DNA of 63,517 nucleotides from a virus (Duplodnaviria; Caudoviricetes): IMG/VR virus record IMGVR_UViG_3300025476_000001, positions 1 to 63,517 of that record; one strand, 5' to 3'. Shown piece by piece: positions 20,392 to 29,989 of this stretch (position 1 is its first letter; each line of letters starts with the position of its first letter). The notes under the pieces were generated by a model. It saw only the letters and a program-made list of their open reading frames with translations, ran no database searches and was not told where the DNA came from. The position numbers and the translations under genes were made by a program.

Positions 20392-22662
20392 ATGGCGAAG
20401 ATGCAGATAATAGAACAATTTATTACTAAAGGAGTCGTGCTCGAGCGAGAGAGCAAGAATGATGCTATTCTGTGTCGAGCCAAATATCAGATTTGTTCAT
20501 TAGGAGAGAAGAATCGCAATAATAGAGTGTATGAGAAAGCTGTTTGGGATAGGGTACTTGCTGACCCTGATATCATTGCCAAATTGCGAAACAAATCGCT
20601 CTTCTTCCACGCAGAACATCCAACCACTACGCAGTCAAATACTGAGAAAGTGGCTGGAGTAGTTACTGATATTAACTTAAACGAAAAGGAGAACAAGGTC
20701 TATACGGTTATGGAAGTATTGGATACGCCCTACGGCAGAATCGTTGATACTCTTCTGCGTGCTGGTTGTGGTATTGGTGTATCTACAAGAGCTGATGGAG
20801 AACTTGAGGAACAAATTGACGAAGCCGGTAGTAAATATCAACGAGTTATTCCAGAATCTTATCGTTTCGTGACAGTAGACTTCACGGCAGACCCGTCGAG
20901 TTTCGGTTCCGAGATGCCGTTGTCAGTACAACACAACGTGTCTGATATTATTAAAAAGGGTTTGGATAACGAGAAGATTGATCGAGAATATGCTACAGTG
21001 CTTCTCGAGAAGATGTCTAATCCAGAGGCAGTAGCGTTGTTGGAATCAATTAAGAATGACAAACATCATTCAGATTGCAAGTGCAAAGCGTCAGAGAAGA
21101 AATGCACCAAAGGTTGTACGCATGTAGTTGAAAGTGATACCACGCAACTTTCTGACTGTGCAGATAAAGTTTATAAATTTATGAGTGCTCGTAATAATAA
21201 GTTTAATGAGAGCGATTGGAAGACGGCGGTATCGACTTTATCCATTCCTATGACTATGTGGAGTAAAGTCAAGATTTTAGTTCAGAAATCTTTTGAGAAG
21301 CTAAGTGAAGAAGTTCAAATGTGCCCAGTTTGCAAGACAGTATATGATACCACATATGCACAGGATCCTACCAGGAAATGTGCCAAATGTGGCGGTGTTC
21401 GCCCTGGAGTTAATCCAGAGGCAGAAGTCAGAGATGACAAAGTAGTTGTGAATGAGACTCAGAGATGTGCAAGATGCGACAAGTTTATTGAAGATGGCAA
21501 GGGTTATCATCCGAGTGAGGGTCACGAAATATATTGTTCCAAAGGATGTGCTGAACAGGGTCCCGAAGCAGAACAAATAACCGAGAAATCTGGTAAGTGT
21601 ATTCATTGCGGTAGAAAGTTTACTGATGTTGATTACAAAAATGCTGCTGCAGGTAAAGAATCTCCTGTAGGTGACTGGGATAACATATGTTATCCATGTC
21701 AGTTGAAGTATGGAACAGAAAAAGCAAAGTCTAGAGAAGATCGTGTTTCTAATGAGAAGTACACCACAAGTGCTGATATATCTGGTCAGCCAGCAAATGC
21801 CAAGGCAGCCGAGAAGGATATGCGTAAATCTGCAGCCAAGGACGGAGTTAAGCTAGGAGAAACCGAAATGAAGATTGATGAATCTGCGGTCAAAAAATAT
21901 TTGACTGAAAATAAAGGTCTATTTAATAATGTACAAGAAGCAATAGACAATCTCGTACAAGTGTTCAAAATACAATGGTCTGATGCTCGTACATATGTGG
22001 AGGCATCGTCCGCGGTTAAGAGCGCAATGAATAACGAGAAGATTCAATCTTCGGATGTCCAATTACGTCTCGATGAGACATCAACAAGGCTTGTGACTCT
22101 AACTGCGGATCGCGAAAAATTAGCAGAGGCATACGCTAACGATGTTGTTGCCCTGACTGTTCAAATAAAGCAGTTGAAAGAACAAGTTAACAAACAAGCT
22201 TTCGAAATTACTACTATAAATAGTCTGGATCGTTCCTTGAAAGAACAATTGGAGAAATCGAATGAAAATATTAGAAGTCTTAAAGAAGATAGTGAAAAGT
22301 CCGTTAAGGCTCTTCAAGAAGAAAGAACAGTCGAAATCAAACGCATTACCGAAGCAAACGAAGTGAAAATTAAAGAACTTAATGAAGTTCACAGGGGTGA
22401 ACTTCTTAAGATATATGTCGATTCTAAACTTAAAAGCATGCACCTGCAACTACCGAAACAATTTCTAACAATCTTAGAGAGTTGCACGTCGGTAGAACAG
22501 GTGGATGCAGAAATTAGACGTATTCAGGATCAATTACGCGAAGGATTGTTACAATTTAACAGTCTCTCCGAAGTAATTGTCAAGAATAATATTCCCGCTG
22601 ATCCTGTGCAGGTCGATATAAGTCGCAAAGTAGCGTTAGCACTAAAAGCGTTTGGATATTAA
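20392..22662 (+). CDS. Prohead protease (T4 gp21-like) fused to Zn-finger modules and a coiled-coil scaffold-like C-terminus
   Basis: NRNNRVY, HAEHP, LDTPYGRI, GVSTRADG (catalytic Ser), DFTADPS; immediately upstream of MCP. Confidence 0.88.
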   Translation: MAKMQIIEQFITKGVVLERESKNDAILCRAKYQICSLGEKNRNNRVYEKAVWDRVLADPDIIAKLRNKSLFFHAEHPTTTQSNTEKVAGVVTDINLNEKENKVYTVMEVLDTPYGRIVDTLLRAGCGIGVSTRADGELEEQIDEAGSKYQRVIPESYRFVTVDFTADPSSFGSEMPLSVQHNVSDIIKKGLDNEKIDREYATVLLEKMSNPEAVALLESIKNDKHHSDCKCKASEKKCTKGCTHVVESDTTQLSDCADKVYKFMSARNNKFNESDWKTAVSTLSIPMTMWSKVKILVQKSFEKLSEEVQMCPVCKTVYDTTYAQDPTRKCAKCGGVRPGVNPEAEVRDDKVVVNETQRCARCDKFIEDGKGYHPSEGHEIYCSKGCAEQGPEAEQITEKSGKCIHCGRKFTDVDYKNAAAGKESPVGDWDNICYPCQLKYGTEKAKSREDRVSNEKYTTSADISGQPANAKAAEKDMRKSAAKDGVKLGETEMKIDESAVKKYLTENKGLFNNVQEAIDNLVQVFKIQWSDARTYVEASSAVKSAMNNEKIQSSDVQLRLDETSTRLVTLTADREKLAEAYANDVVALTVQIKQLKEQVNKQAFEITTINSLDRSLKEQLEKSNENIRSLKEDSEKSVKALQEERTVEIKRITEANEVKIKELNEVHRGELLKIYVDSKLKSMHLQLPKQFLTILESCTSVEQVDAEIRRIQDQLREGLLQFNSLSEVIVKNNIPADPVQVDISRKVALALKAFGY

Positions 22663-22682
22663 ACAACCTAAGGAGAACTTAA

Positions 22683-24416
22683 ATGAGTAAAGCTATACAG
22701 GAATTAGTCGAATCGAGAATGGCTGCTATGCAGTCTGATCGCAGGAGACTTACCGAGTCCTGGAAACCGTACATCGGTTCCGTGGATGCTTACCTCGCAA
22801 AGAGTGGGAAATCCCCTCTGACCGAGATGGATAAAATGAACATGGCGCGTTGCCTTGAGAACGCTCTGTTAGAAGGTGGAGTTCGCTCCAAGTCGAAGAT
22901 TTTTGAAACGACCGATAGCTCTGCTATCTCCTTCTTGGGCATTCAGTTGCCCGTAATCGCTGCCCTCTTGCCCAGCCTCGTGTTGAACAAGTTAGCAGTA
23001 ACCCAGGCATTAGATCGCAGATCTGGCGCAGTCTTTTATCTGGACGTGAAATACGGAACTGGTAAAGGCTCAGTTTCTGCTGCACAGGATATGATGAATG
23101 CACAGACTGGTCATAACTCGACCCTTGGTGGTCGTGAATATGCATCGGTTCGTGTTACCAACGAAGTGTACCCGGCAACAACTACGCCGCACACTCTTGC
23201 GTACTTCCCAGTAGTATCTGGATCTACCGTCATCACCGATAGCACAACTGGAAACGTGTTGACAGTCGTCTCATCCAGCGGTGGCGTGGATGTGTTAGCA
23301 TCTTCGCTTTCCTCGGGACATTCTGGAACCGTAACTCTAGCAACCGGCGTGGTAGTAATCAACGGTGGTGGGTTAAGTTATGCGGGTACTGTTTCTTATA
23401 TGTACGATTGGCAAACTGGTGGTGTTGGTGGTGTAACTACAGCGAACGTTCCTGAAGTTAATATCTCAGTCACCTCCGCAACAATCACTGCAGAGGATTT
23501 CCCGCTCAAAGCTTTGTTTACTCTTGGTGCTGCAATCGACCTCGAGAAGGCGCATGGTCTGAATCTTGAAGACGAGCTGGTGAAATATCTTGGTGGTGAA
23601 GTAAAGTTCACAATGGATCATCTGGGAATCGATTTAATGAACGCTGCCTCTCAGACGGTTGCTGCTGCGACTACACCTGGAACTTATACCGCGACACCGT
23701 CAGCTGGTGAAGCGTGGGTGTGGAAGAAATATCAGTTTCTGGATTTTGTAGAGAAAGCTAACGTGGCAATAATCTCTAAGACGTTACGTGCAGTTTGTAA
23801 CTTCTTAGTGGTTGGTAATAACACTGCCCGTCTCGTTCGTCAGTTGGATCCTCATTTCAAGCCAGCTTCTGGATTAGACACGTTAGTTCCTACCGGTCCT
23901 TACGAACTGGGTACTTTGGACGGCAGGCTCATTGTTCACGATCCGTTGTTAGGCGCTAATGAGATTCTGTTCGGATTCAAGGGTGACAATTATCTGTTTG
24001 CTGGATTCTTGTTTGCCCCGTATATTCCTTTATTTGCAACTCCGACACTCGTGACCGCTGATCTCAAGGCCCAGAAGGGTTTCTTGGCGTCTGCTGGCTA
24101 CAAAGTTGTGAATGCGGGCATGTACACCCATTCGACGATTAACTATGGATCATTATAAACAATGTTAATCTACAGTGGCATTAAAAAGCGATTTTTAATG
24201 AAAACCTTGAATATGCTGGGATCTCTCAGAGATGAGACAATCAGCAGGGATAGCTTGAGCAGTCAAGAAGCCCTCAACGACTACCAAGAGGCATCTGATT
24301 TATCAGATGGTGGTATAGTCTGGTCTATGTAGTGATGCATAGAGATTGGCAGAAATGACCAATCCCACAGCAATGTGAGTAACAATACGGGTACGATGAA
24401 CTACGGATCACTTTAA
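22683..24416 (+). CDS. Major capsid protein (T4 gp23-like); exon 1 22683-24131 plus exon 2 24390-24416; the unspliced form also ends in frame at 24158
   Basis: SGAVFYLD, LKALFTLGAAIDLEKAHGLNLEDEL, FAPYIPL gp23-type motifs; follows prohead protease; SD AAGGAG. Confidence 0.92.
24132..24389 (+). ncRNA. ORF-less group I self-splicing intron (258 nt) at the 3' end of the MCP gene
   Basis: P1: exon CCAT pairs with GTGG 24175-24178 (U.G at splice site); P2 hairpin with GCGA loop; P3 CCTTG 24205 / CAAGAGG 24285; P4 TGCTG 24214 / CAGCA 24242; P7 GACTA 24279 / TAGTC 24316; P8 CATCTGA..TCAGATG; P9 hairpins; terminal G 24389 restores frame. Confidence 0.88.
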
Positions 24417-24423
24417 ACGTGAG

Positions 24424-24468
24424 TTAATAGGGAGAGGGAAGTTCACTTCTCTTTCCTCTCCCTATTAA
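24424..24468 (+). terminator. Strong hairpin after MCP (terminator or translational repressor of the HNH gene)
   Basis: 14-bp perfect inverted repeat TTAATAGGGAGAGG / CCTCTCCCTATTAA; no long U-tract. Confidence 0.6.
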
Positions 24469-24475
24469 TAAAAGA

Positions 24476-25237
24476 ATGAATAGAATTTGCAAAATCTGTA
24501 ACTTAGAGAAACCAATTGTTAAATTTAATAAGCAAGGCATATATTATAGACATATTTGCATGTCGTGTCAACATCTTAGACATAAGATGAGAAAACAATT
24601 AAGATTATGTAAATCTAAACAGAGAATCAACGAAGATGCGACTAATTTGATAAGAATTTGTAAAGTTTGCAAAGAATCAAAACACCTAATTGAATTTGAG
24701 AAACAGAATAGATGGCATAGACATATATGTAAGGTATGTTCTATTAATTACAAACGTGAACGTTATAGAATTAAGTATTCTAATTTAATTAATAGAGAGT
24801 TGAAGAGAGAAGATGAACATTATAGATATCCAAGATATGAGAATTCTAGAAGAAGACGTTATGCTAGTATGAAATATAAATTAAAATCAAGAATCAGACG
24901 TCACAATCGAAGAGTTGATGAAAAGAGTCTTACTGTAGAGATGATACAAATAGTTTATGAAGAGAATATCATAAAGTACGGTGCTCTTACCTGTGAATTA
25001 TGTTTTAAGCCAATCAAGTTTGGAGAAGACTCTCTTGAGCATTTTTATCCAGTCAGCAGAAAGAACGAATATCAAGGTAAAGATATAAATGAACGCTCTA
25101 ATCTTGGCGTTGCTCATGGTAATAATAGTGTAGAACGATGCAACGATAAGAAAGGAAATAAAACTTTAAATGAGTGGTTTCATATGAACGAAGTACTTCA
25201 TCAAGAATTGGCGAGGGTTAAAAATGTTATCTTCTGA
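24476..25237 (+). CDS. Free-standing HNH homing endonuclease
   Basis: Two N-terminal CxxC...CxxC repeats; CELC...SLEHFYPVS...NLGVAH...CNDKKGNK HNH core. Confidence 0.85.
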   Translation: MNRICKICNLEKPIVKFNKQGIYYRHICMSCQHLRHKMRKQLRLCKSKQRINEDATNLIRICKVCKESKHLIEFEKQNRWHRHICKVCSINYKRERYRIKYSNLINRELKREDEHYRYPRYENSRRRRYASMKYKLKSRIRRHNRRVDEKSLTVEMIQIVYEENIIKYGALTCELCFKPIKFGEDSLEHFYPVSRKNEYQGKDINERSNLGVAHGNNSVERCNDKKGNKTLNEWFHMNEVLHQELARVKNVIF

Positions 25238-26162
25238 TATAATCGATTGGTGTCATCAAGAATTTCAACCAGTAGATTTGGCTACTCCTGACGATACAAT
25301 TGGTCAATTAATTCGGAATGCGATTCGTTACTGGAATACTCATTCTGCATTTCCTGTGGTTAAGATGTTTCCTATTAGCATAGCAGTTCCCGGTTCAGGA
25401 AATCTGAATGCGACAACAGTATTGTCGAGTGACTATAAGAATGTGGTTAAGGTTTATCCTGCTACTCAACCTGATTGGATATTGCAGAATTATCCGTTAT
25501 GGTCATTGTTGGGTATTACTATCATTGACAATTTGACCTCAGACTTGATAATGTTGACAGAGGCTTACAAGAATTATAGATATTATATGGGTACCGACTT
25601 CAATTGGCACTACGAGAAGTCAGACGATCCTGCAATAGGCGGAACTTTGTATATGTCGAATCTGCCGAATCGAACGGGAATTGTGTGCGTTGTTGGTACA
25701 AAAAGAATCATCAACGGAACAACTACTTTAAATATTATAGGAACTTCTGGAACGTTTTCGTTTATACCCGTTGAAGGTGGCACCATTGTGATGACAAACG
25801 GCACGCATACATATACTGACGACGGTAACAATAATTTAGTGTCATCTATTAGTGGATATAGTGGAACAGTAGATTACTCAACTGGAGCATGGACAGTGAC
25901 TGGTTGGGTTGGTGCAGTTACCGGTACTGTTACTTATCGATACGAAGAGAATATTAAGAGCGAATATATTTTGGAGTGGCTTCTTTACTACATTAAGGCA
26001 CTGCTTAAGATGGCTGAGGGTAATACATTGAGAAAGACTACTGCGATAGGCATAGCTAACGACGGTGCTGCTTTATACATAGAAGGAAAAGAAGAGAAAG
26101 AAGCATTGGAAGAGAAGTTGGGTATAGATGGTCGTTGGTTTGCATTTGTGAAACGTTTCTAA
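25224..26162 (+). CDS. Head completion/neck protein (T4 gp13-like)
   Basis: Position after MCP; EWLLYYIKALLKMAEG..LRK...DGAALYIEGKEEKEALEE resembles gp13-like C-termini. Confidence 0.65.
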   Translation: MLSSDIIDWCHQEFQPVDLATPDDTIGQLIRNAIRYWNTHSAFPVVKMFPISIAVPGSGNLNATTVLSSDYKNVVKVYPATQPDWILQNYPLWSLLGITIIDNLTSDLIMLTEAYKNYRYYMGTDFNWHYEKSDDPAIGGTLYMSNLPNRTGIVCVVGTKRIINGTTTLNIIGTSGTFSFIPVEGGTIVMTNGTHTYTDDGNNNLVSSISGYSGTVDYSTGAWTVTGWVGAVTGTVTYRYEENIKSEYILEWLLYYIKALLKMAEGNTLRKTTAIGIANDGAALYIEGKEEKEALEEKLGIDGRWFAFVKRF

Positions 26163-26164
26163 AT

Positions 26165-27064
26165 ATGAATATATTTAATCAGTTAACAGAGGCAGTTATT
26201 AACGAACTCGATTATGCGGGTATGAAACGCAAACAACAGTCAGTCACTAAGTTGTTTCCGACGTTTCGTAATCGTATGCAGAAATTAGTTGATAATGGCG
26301 GACTTGAACTCGTTAATCAGTTTCCCGAGTTGTGGCAGTTCAAAGTGCCATCGGGCACTACTCCCGGCAAAAATTATGATGTGTATGTGCAGTTTGTTGA
26401 TGTATTGCCTACTTTGAAGAAATGGGTATCAAACAGAAAATTATGGAATACAGATGAAACGGCGATGGATTACAGACTGTTGGCGGCAGAAGTTCTGAAT
26501 GACATCAACATCAAGACAGACTGTAGTTGCCCCGCCGACACATTCTACGGACCAGAATACTTGAAGACGCAGAGAGCAGCTCAATTTGGGGATGAAGAGA
26601 ATCGTCCCCCAAGAATCAGAAATCCGCGTCAGTATGGAATTCTTTGTAAACATGGTGCATACGTATTTGAACGACTACCAATGTTTACCTCCACGTTTGC
26701 GAAATGGCTTAAAGACTTCTATTCAGATGAGATTGATGATATGTTTGCAGACGCCCAACAGGAATTGTTTGGTATTCAGAAAGCGACTGCTGAATTAGGA
26801 AGACGAGAAGAAGAAATGGGAGGTAAACATGTGGAAGTTCCTAAAGAAGTTGTTCCAGAGAAACCCGAAGAACCCGGAGAAGGAAGTGCTGGTACAGCAA
26901 CCAAACCCAAGCCTAAACCAACCGGGCCAGCAGCCCCAAGTGCAACCAGTTCTGAAGAGGAAAAGGGGAAGACCGCGGAAGGTCCTAAAGGTTTGAAGAA
27001 GGCTACTACTTCTGGTAATACTTCGGCAACCAAGCCTGCTAACAGAAAGATAGAAGCTAAATGA
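26165..27064 (+). CDS. SWIM-type zinc-finger protein with low-complexity C-terminus
   Basis: DCSCPADTFYG...LCKH (CxC...CxH); likely start ATG 26165. Confidence 0.65.
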   Translation: MNIFNQLTEAVINELDYAGMKRKQQSVTKLFPTFRNRMQKLVDNGGLELVNQFPELWQFKVPSGTTPGKNYDVYVQFVDVLPTLKKWVSNRKLWNTDETAMDYRLLAAEVLNDINIKTDCSCPADTFYGPEYLKTQRAAQFGDEENRPPRIRNPRQYGILCKHGAYVFERLPMFTSTFAKWLKDFYSDEIDDMFADAQQELFGIQKATAELGRREEEMGGKHVEVPKEVVPEKPEEPGEGSAGTATKPKPKPTGPAAPSATSSEEEKGKTAEGPKGLKKATTSGNTSATKPANRKIEAK

Positions 27065-27984
27065 GTGATATAAATCGCATCGTTGAGAGGATTATCGAAC
27101 AGACTGCTGGTGTTGGTTCAAGTGCGAGTGCACCTTCTGGTATGATTCCTGCACAGACTACGTCTGGCAATCCTTCAGTATCATATCTTCCAGGCGGGTT
27201 TACCTCCATGAAGAATATGATGAGATCGTTGACTCCCGTTAAGAAGAAATGGAAGTTAGAAGTTATTGAAGACAACGAGAATTATCGTCTCAAGATTGAA
27301 GATGCGTTGGATGTGATTGTTCCGAAATTTGCGTGGGCTGAGTTTAACAATAAGGTAATGAGAGTTCAAGGTTTAAACGAGATAGATTTAAATAGTATAT
27401 TGAATGAGGCAAAGACTGAGGAAGTGCATAATTTATATGATAAATTAGTTCGCGTGATGACTGTCAATCTACGCGAGAACAAACAAGTTTCGCGAACCAT
27501 AGTTCTTATGAACTACTGGCTGTCAGTATTTAGAAAGTCGCGATTTATTCCATTAACACAGGAGTCACTCATATCGTTGAATAATTATGACGGTGACGTT
27601 CGAAAGATTGTTGGTAGAATACAGAACATATATTCTGACGATATTGGAAATTTACAGATGTTGATTCGTTCGATAGAGGATGAAAGACCTTTGAATACAT
27701 ATGAACCATTCTCTGAGTATGAATATTTGTTCGGAACACGTATTCAGTCAGAGTACGAAGGAATTATGATGACCCTGGAACTTACTCTTAATATGATAAT
27801 GGTTCCTACGCAATCATTATACATAGAATCGGCAGAAGTGCTTGCCGAATTAGAGAGTTTCAGAACCGTCAAAGTATTGAACAACATAGTGATGCCTGTC
27901 GATATGATGTTTGCACCCGGCATGTTTAGTGGTCTTCGAACTATTATTGACACATTGGAATCGAAGTCAGAAGCTACACCGTAG
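27061..27984 (+). CDS. Hypothetical protein
   Basis: 307-aa ORF coupled to the previous gene. Confidence 0.7.
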   Translation: MSDINRIVERIIEQTAGVGSSASAPSGMIPAQTTSGNPSVSYLPGGFTSMKNMMRSLTPVKKKWKLEVIEDNENYRLKIEDALDVIVPKFAWAEFNNKVMRVQGLNEIDLNSILNEAKTEEVHNLYDKLVRVMTVNLRENKQVSRTIVLMNYWLSVFRKSRFIPLTQESLISLNNYDGDVRKIVGRIQNIYSDDIGNLQMLIRSIEDERPLNTYEPFSEYEYLFGTRIQSEYEGIMMTLELTLNMIMVPTQSLYIESAEVLAELESFRTVKVLNNIVMPVDMMFAPGMFSGLRTIIDTLESKSEATP

Positions 27985-28101
27985 AAATGTGGACAATAAC
28001 ATACGAGAAGAACTTGCTGGTATTAAAAATGAGTTAGAGGGGTCTAAGAAGATTTTAGGCAAATGCGCCTCGGCGTTAGTTTCATTACTTTGCGAGAAAA
28101 T

Positions 28102-28455
28102 ATGACCGAAGATAAAGAAAAAATAGCAGTACTGGAGGAAAGAATTTCTAACTGGACAGAACGAACTGAAACATATCGTAAAGAGCAGGCTCTTCGAAGA
28201 GCAGAAGAGCATAAAGAATATATTGAAAATTTTCAGATTATTTTTAGTAAACTGGATAAACTCCCTTGTGAAAAACACGTTGAGAAGTTAAACGAAATAG
28301 AAAAGATAAGAGCAACTATGGGTAGATATATTATCTACGGGATTACTTCACTTGTTGGGATAGCGGTCGTATGGGGAATGGTACAGCAACAGGTACATAT
28401 TAACACCTTGCGATTAGATAAAATTGAGTTGTCAGAGAAACCAAATGCCAGATAA
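28102..28455 (+). CDS. Coiled-coil protein with a single C-terminal TM helix (possible holin-like)
   Basis: YIIYGITSLVGIAVVWGMV hydrophobic segment. Confidence 0.5.
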   Translation: MTEDKEKIAVLEERISNWTERTETYRKEQALRRAEEHKEYIENFQIIFSKLDKLPCEKHVEKLNEIEKIRATMGRYIIYGITSLVGIAVVWGMVQQQVHINTLRLDKIELSEKPNAR

Positions 28456-28606
28456 ATGCGAATGTAAATATATCTTAGACTACTGCGGCTTAAAGAAACG
28501 GGGCAGGCGCTTCAGCAGAAGCTATATCTGTAAGAAGTGCGGACAGAAATACGAAACACTATGCGAGAAAATGCTCAACAGAAAACGATTCATTAAAAAT
28601 GCATAG
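28445..28606 (+). CDS. Small Cys-rich zinc-binding protein
   Basis: CEC...C...CKKCG; overlaps both neighbours. Confidence 0.45.
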   Translation: MPDKCECKYILDYCGLKKRGRRFSRSYICKKCGQKYETLCEKMLNRKRFIKNA

Positions 28607-29177
28607 ATTACTGGAACAGACGTTAAAAGTCTTTGAAAATTCGGGTGGCGATTACAGTTACTCTCTGATTAAGATTGAGATTCCGAAGAATGTAACCGAG
28701 AAGATTTTAGCGTTCGGAATGTCGATTCCGAATGAAGAGTTGTATGAAGACCCGAACGACGATTCTTTTGGTAGAGAACTTGAGACGCACATAACCGTGA
28801 AATACGGTTTGACTACCAAAGATGCAGACGAAGTAACGTCGATCGTTAACAATGAAAATAATCCTATTAGTGTAACGTTGGGAGATATTAGTATTTTTGA
28901 GGGAGACAAGACAGACAAACCTTACGATGTCGTGAAAGTTTCTGTCGAAAGTGAAGATTTGAATAGATATCACAAATTGTTCTCCGATAAGTTAGAAAAT
29001 AAAGACGACCATTCGAGTTATAAGCCTCATCTGACGATAGCATACGTCAAGAAGGGCGAAGGTCAAAAGTATGTAGGAAATGCCGATTTTGCAGGGATGA
29101 CATTCGAATCGAACGAATTAGTATTTAAGACTCCAGAGGGCGACGTTACAAAGATACCTTTGACTGACGGAATGTGA
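28599..29177 (+). CDS. 2H phosphoesterase (T4 gp57B/Acb1-like)
   Basis: Two HxT motifs: ETHITVKYGL and PHLTIAY. Confidence 0.85.
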   Translation: MHRLLEQTLKVFENSGGDYSYSLIKIEIPKNVTEKILAFGMSIPNEELYEDPNDDSFGRELETHITVKYGLTTKDADEVTSIVNNENNPISVTLGDISIFEGDKTDKPYDVVKVSVESEDLNRYHKLFSDKLENKDDHSSYKPHLTIAYVKKGEGQKYVGNADFAGMTFESNELVFKTPEGDVTKIPLTDGM

Positions 29178-29434
29178 TGAGAGAAATATTGAATGAGACG
29201 TTGAAGATTTTCGAAGACAGGGGCATTGGACTCGAACCTCTTATTCATGAATTTGTGTACGATTTTTCTTCTCTTTCAGAGGAAGCGGCTCAGAAACGCG
29301 TTGAAGCTATCACGGCTTATTATAAAGAGATTTTAGATAGATCTGGCAGTGTTAAGTTAGCTTACAACAAAACAAGAGAGTGGGCTAATCGAATTTACGT
29401 TCAAGCTAAATTAAAGGTCTCCTCAGACCTATAA
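29174..29434 (+). CDS. Small hypothetical protein with leader similar to that of the 2H enzyme
   Basis: MREILNETLKIFED vs MHRLLEQTLKVFEN. Confidence 0.65.
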   Translation: MMREILNETLKIFEDRGIGLEPLIHEFVYDFSSLSEEAAQKRVEAITAYYKEILDRSGSVKLAYNKTREWANRIYVQAKLKVSSDL

Positions 29435-29449
29435 ATGGAGGATAGAAAG

Positions 29450-29989
29450 ATGAGTTCACAGGATGTAGCAAAACAGGCATTCGCTGAAGCCGAAAAAGAA
29501 GCGAGAGAGAAACAAGTAGCAGAAGTAAAGAGAATTGTAACAAAGACGTTGGAACGACTCGAAGAAGTACGCAAGAATATCAAGAACCTTCAGGAGGATG
29601 AGAGAATTTTGAAAATGGATATTGACGATCTCAAGGAGGGAAAACTTGATAGAATTGCTGAACGTCAGGAAAAGGATCCGGAGGCAAAAAAAGTGTCAGT
29701 GGTTCTGATTATAAAAGAAAAAGAAGTGATTAGAGAAGTGAGTCCTTGGTATTTTCCATATCAAGTAATTTGGCAGCAACCACTTACACCATTATTGTAT
29801 TGTGTGAACACGGTGAACACAGTATATGGTGGTAATCTTACCAGTGCATACGGGGGAAGTTCTGATCAGTTGTCAGGTGGCTCAGCATTTCAGGCTACAC
29901 TAACTGGTTCAGCAATTACGTGTTCCATTGCTAAGGATGCTGCTACAGGAGCATATGATATTAACGGGCACATCGTACATTTAAGATAA
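29450..29989 (+). CDS. Hypothetical coiled-coil protein
   Basis: GGAGG precedes ATG 29450 (ORF track starts at 29435). Confidence 0.7.
   Translation: MSSQDVAKQAFAEAEKEAREKQVAEVKRIVTKTLERLEEVRKNIKNLQEDERILKMDIDDLKEGKLDRIAERQEKDPEAKKVSVVLIIKEKEVIREVSPWYFPYQVIWQQPLTPLLYCVNTVNTVYGGNLTSAYGGSSDQLSGGSAFQATLTGSAITCSIAKDAATGAYDINGHIVHLR

Noticed and set aside
24132-24416. Diversity-generating retroelement TR/VR pair at the MCP C-terminus
   Set aside because: Only 27 nt long, differences are not adenine-specific, no reverse transcriptase in the window, and the spacer folds as a group I intron
29432-29452. In-frame TAA-ATG readthrough fusion of 29174 and 29435
   Set aside because: GGAGG inside the first codons points to a separate start at ATG 29450
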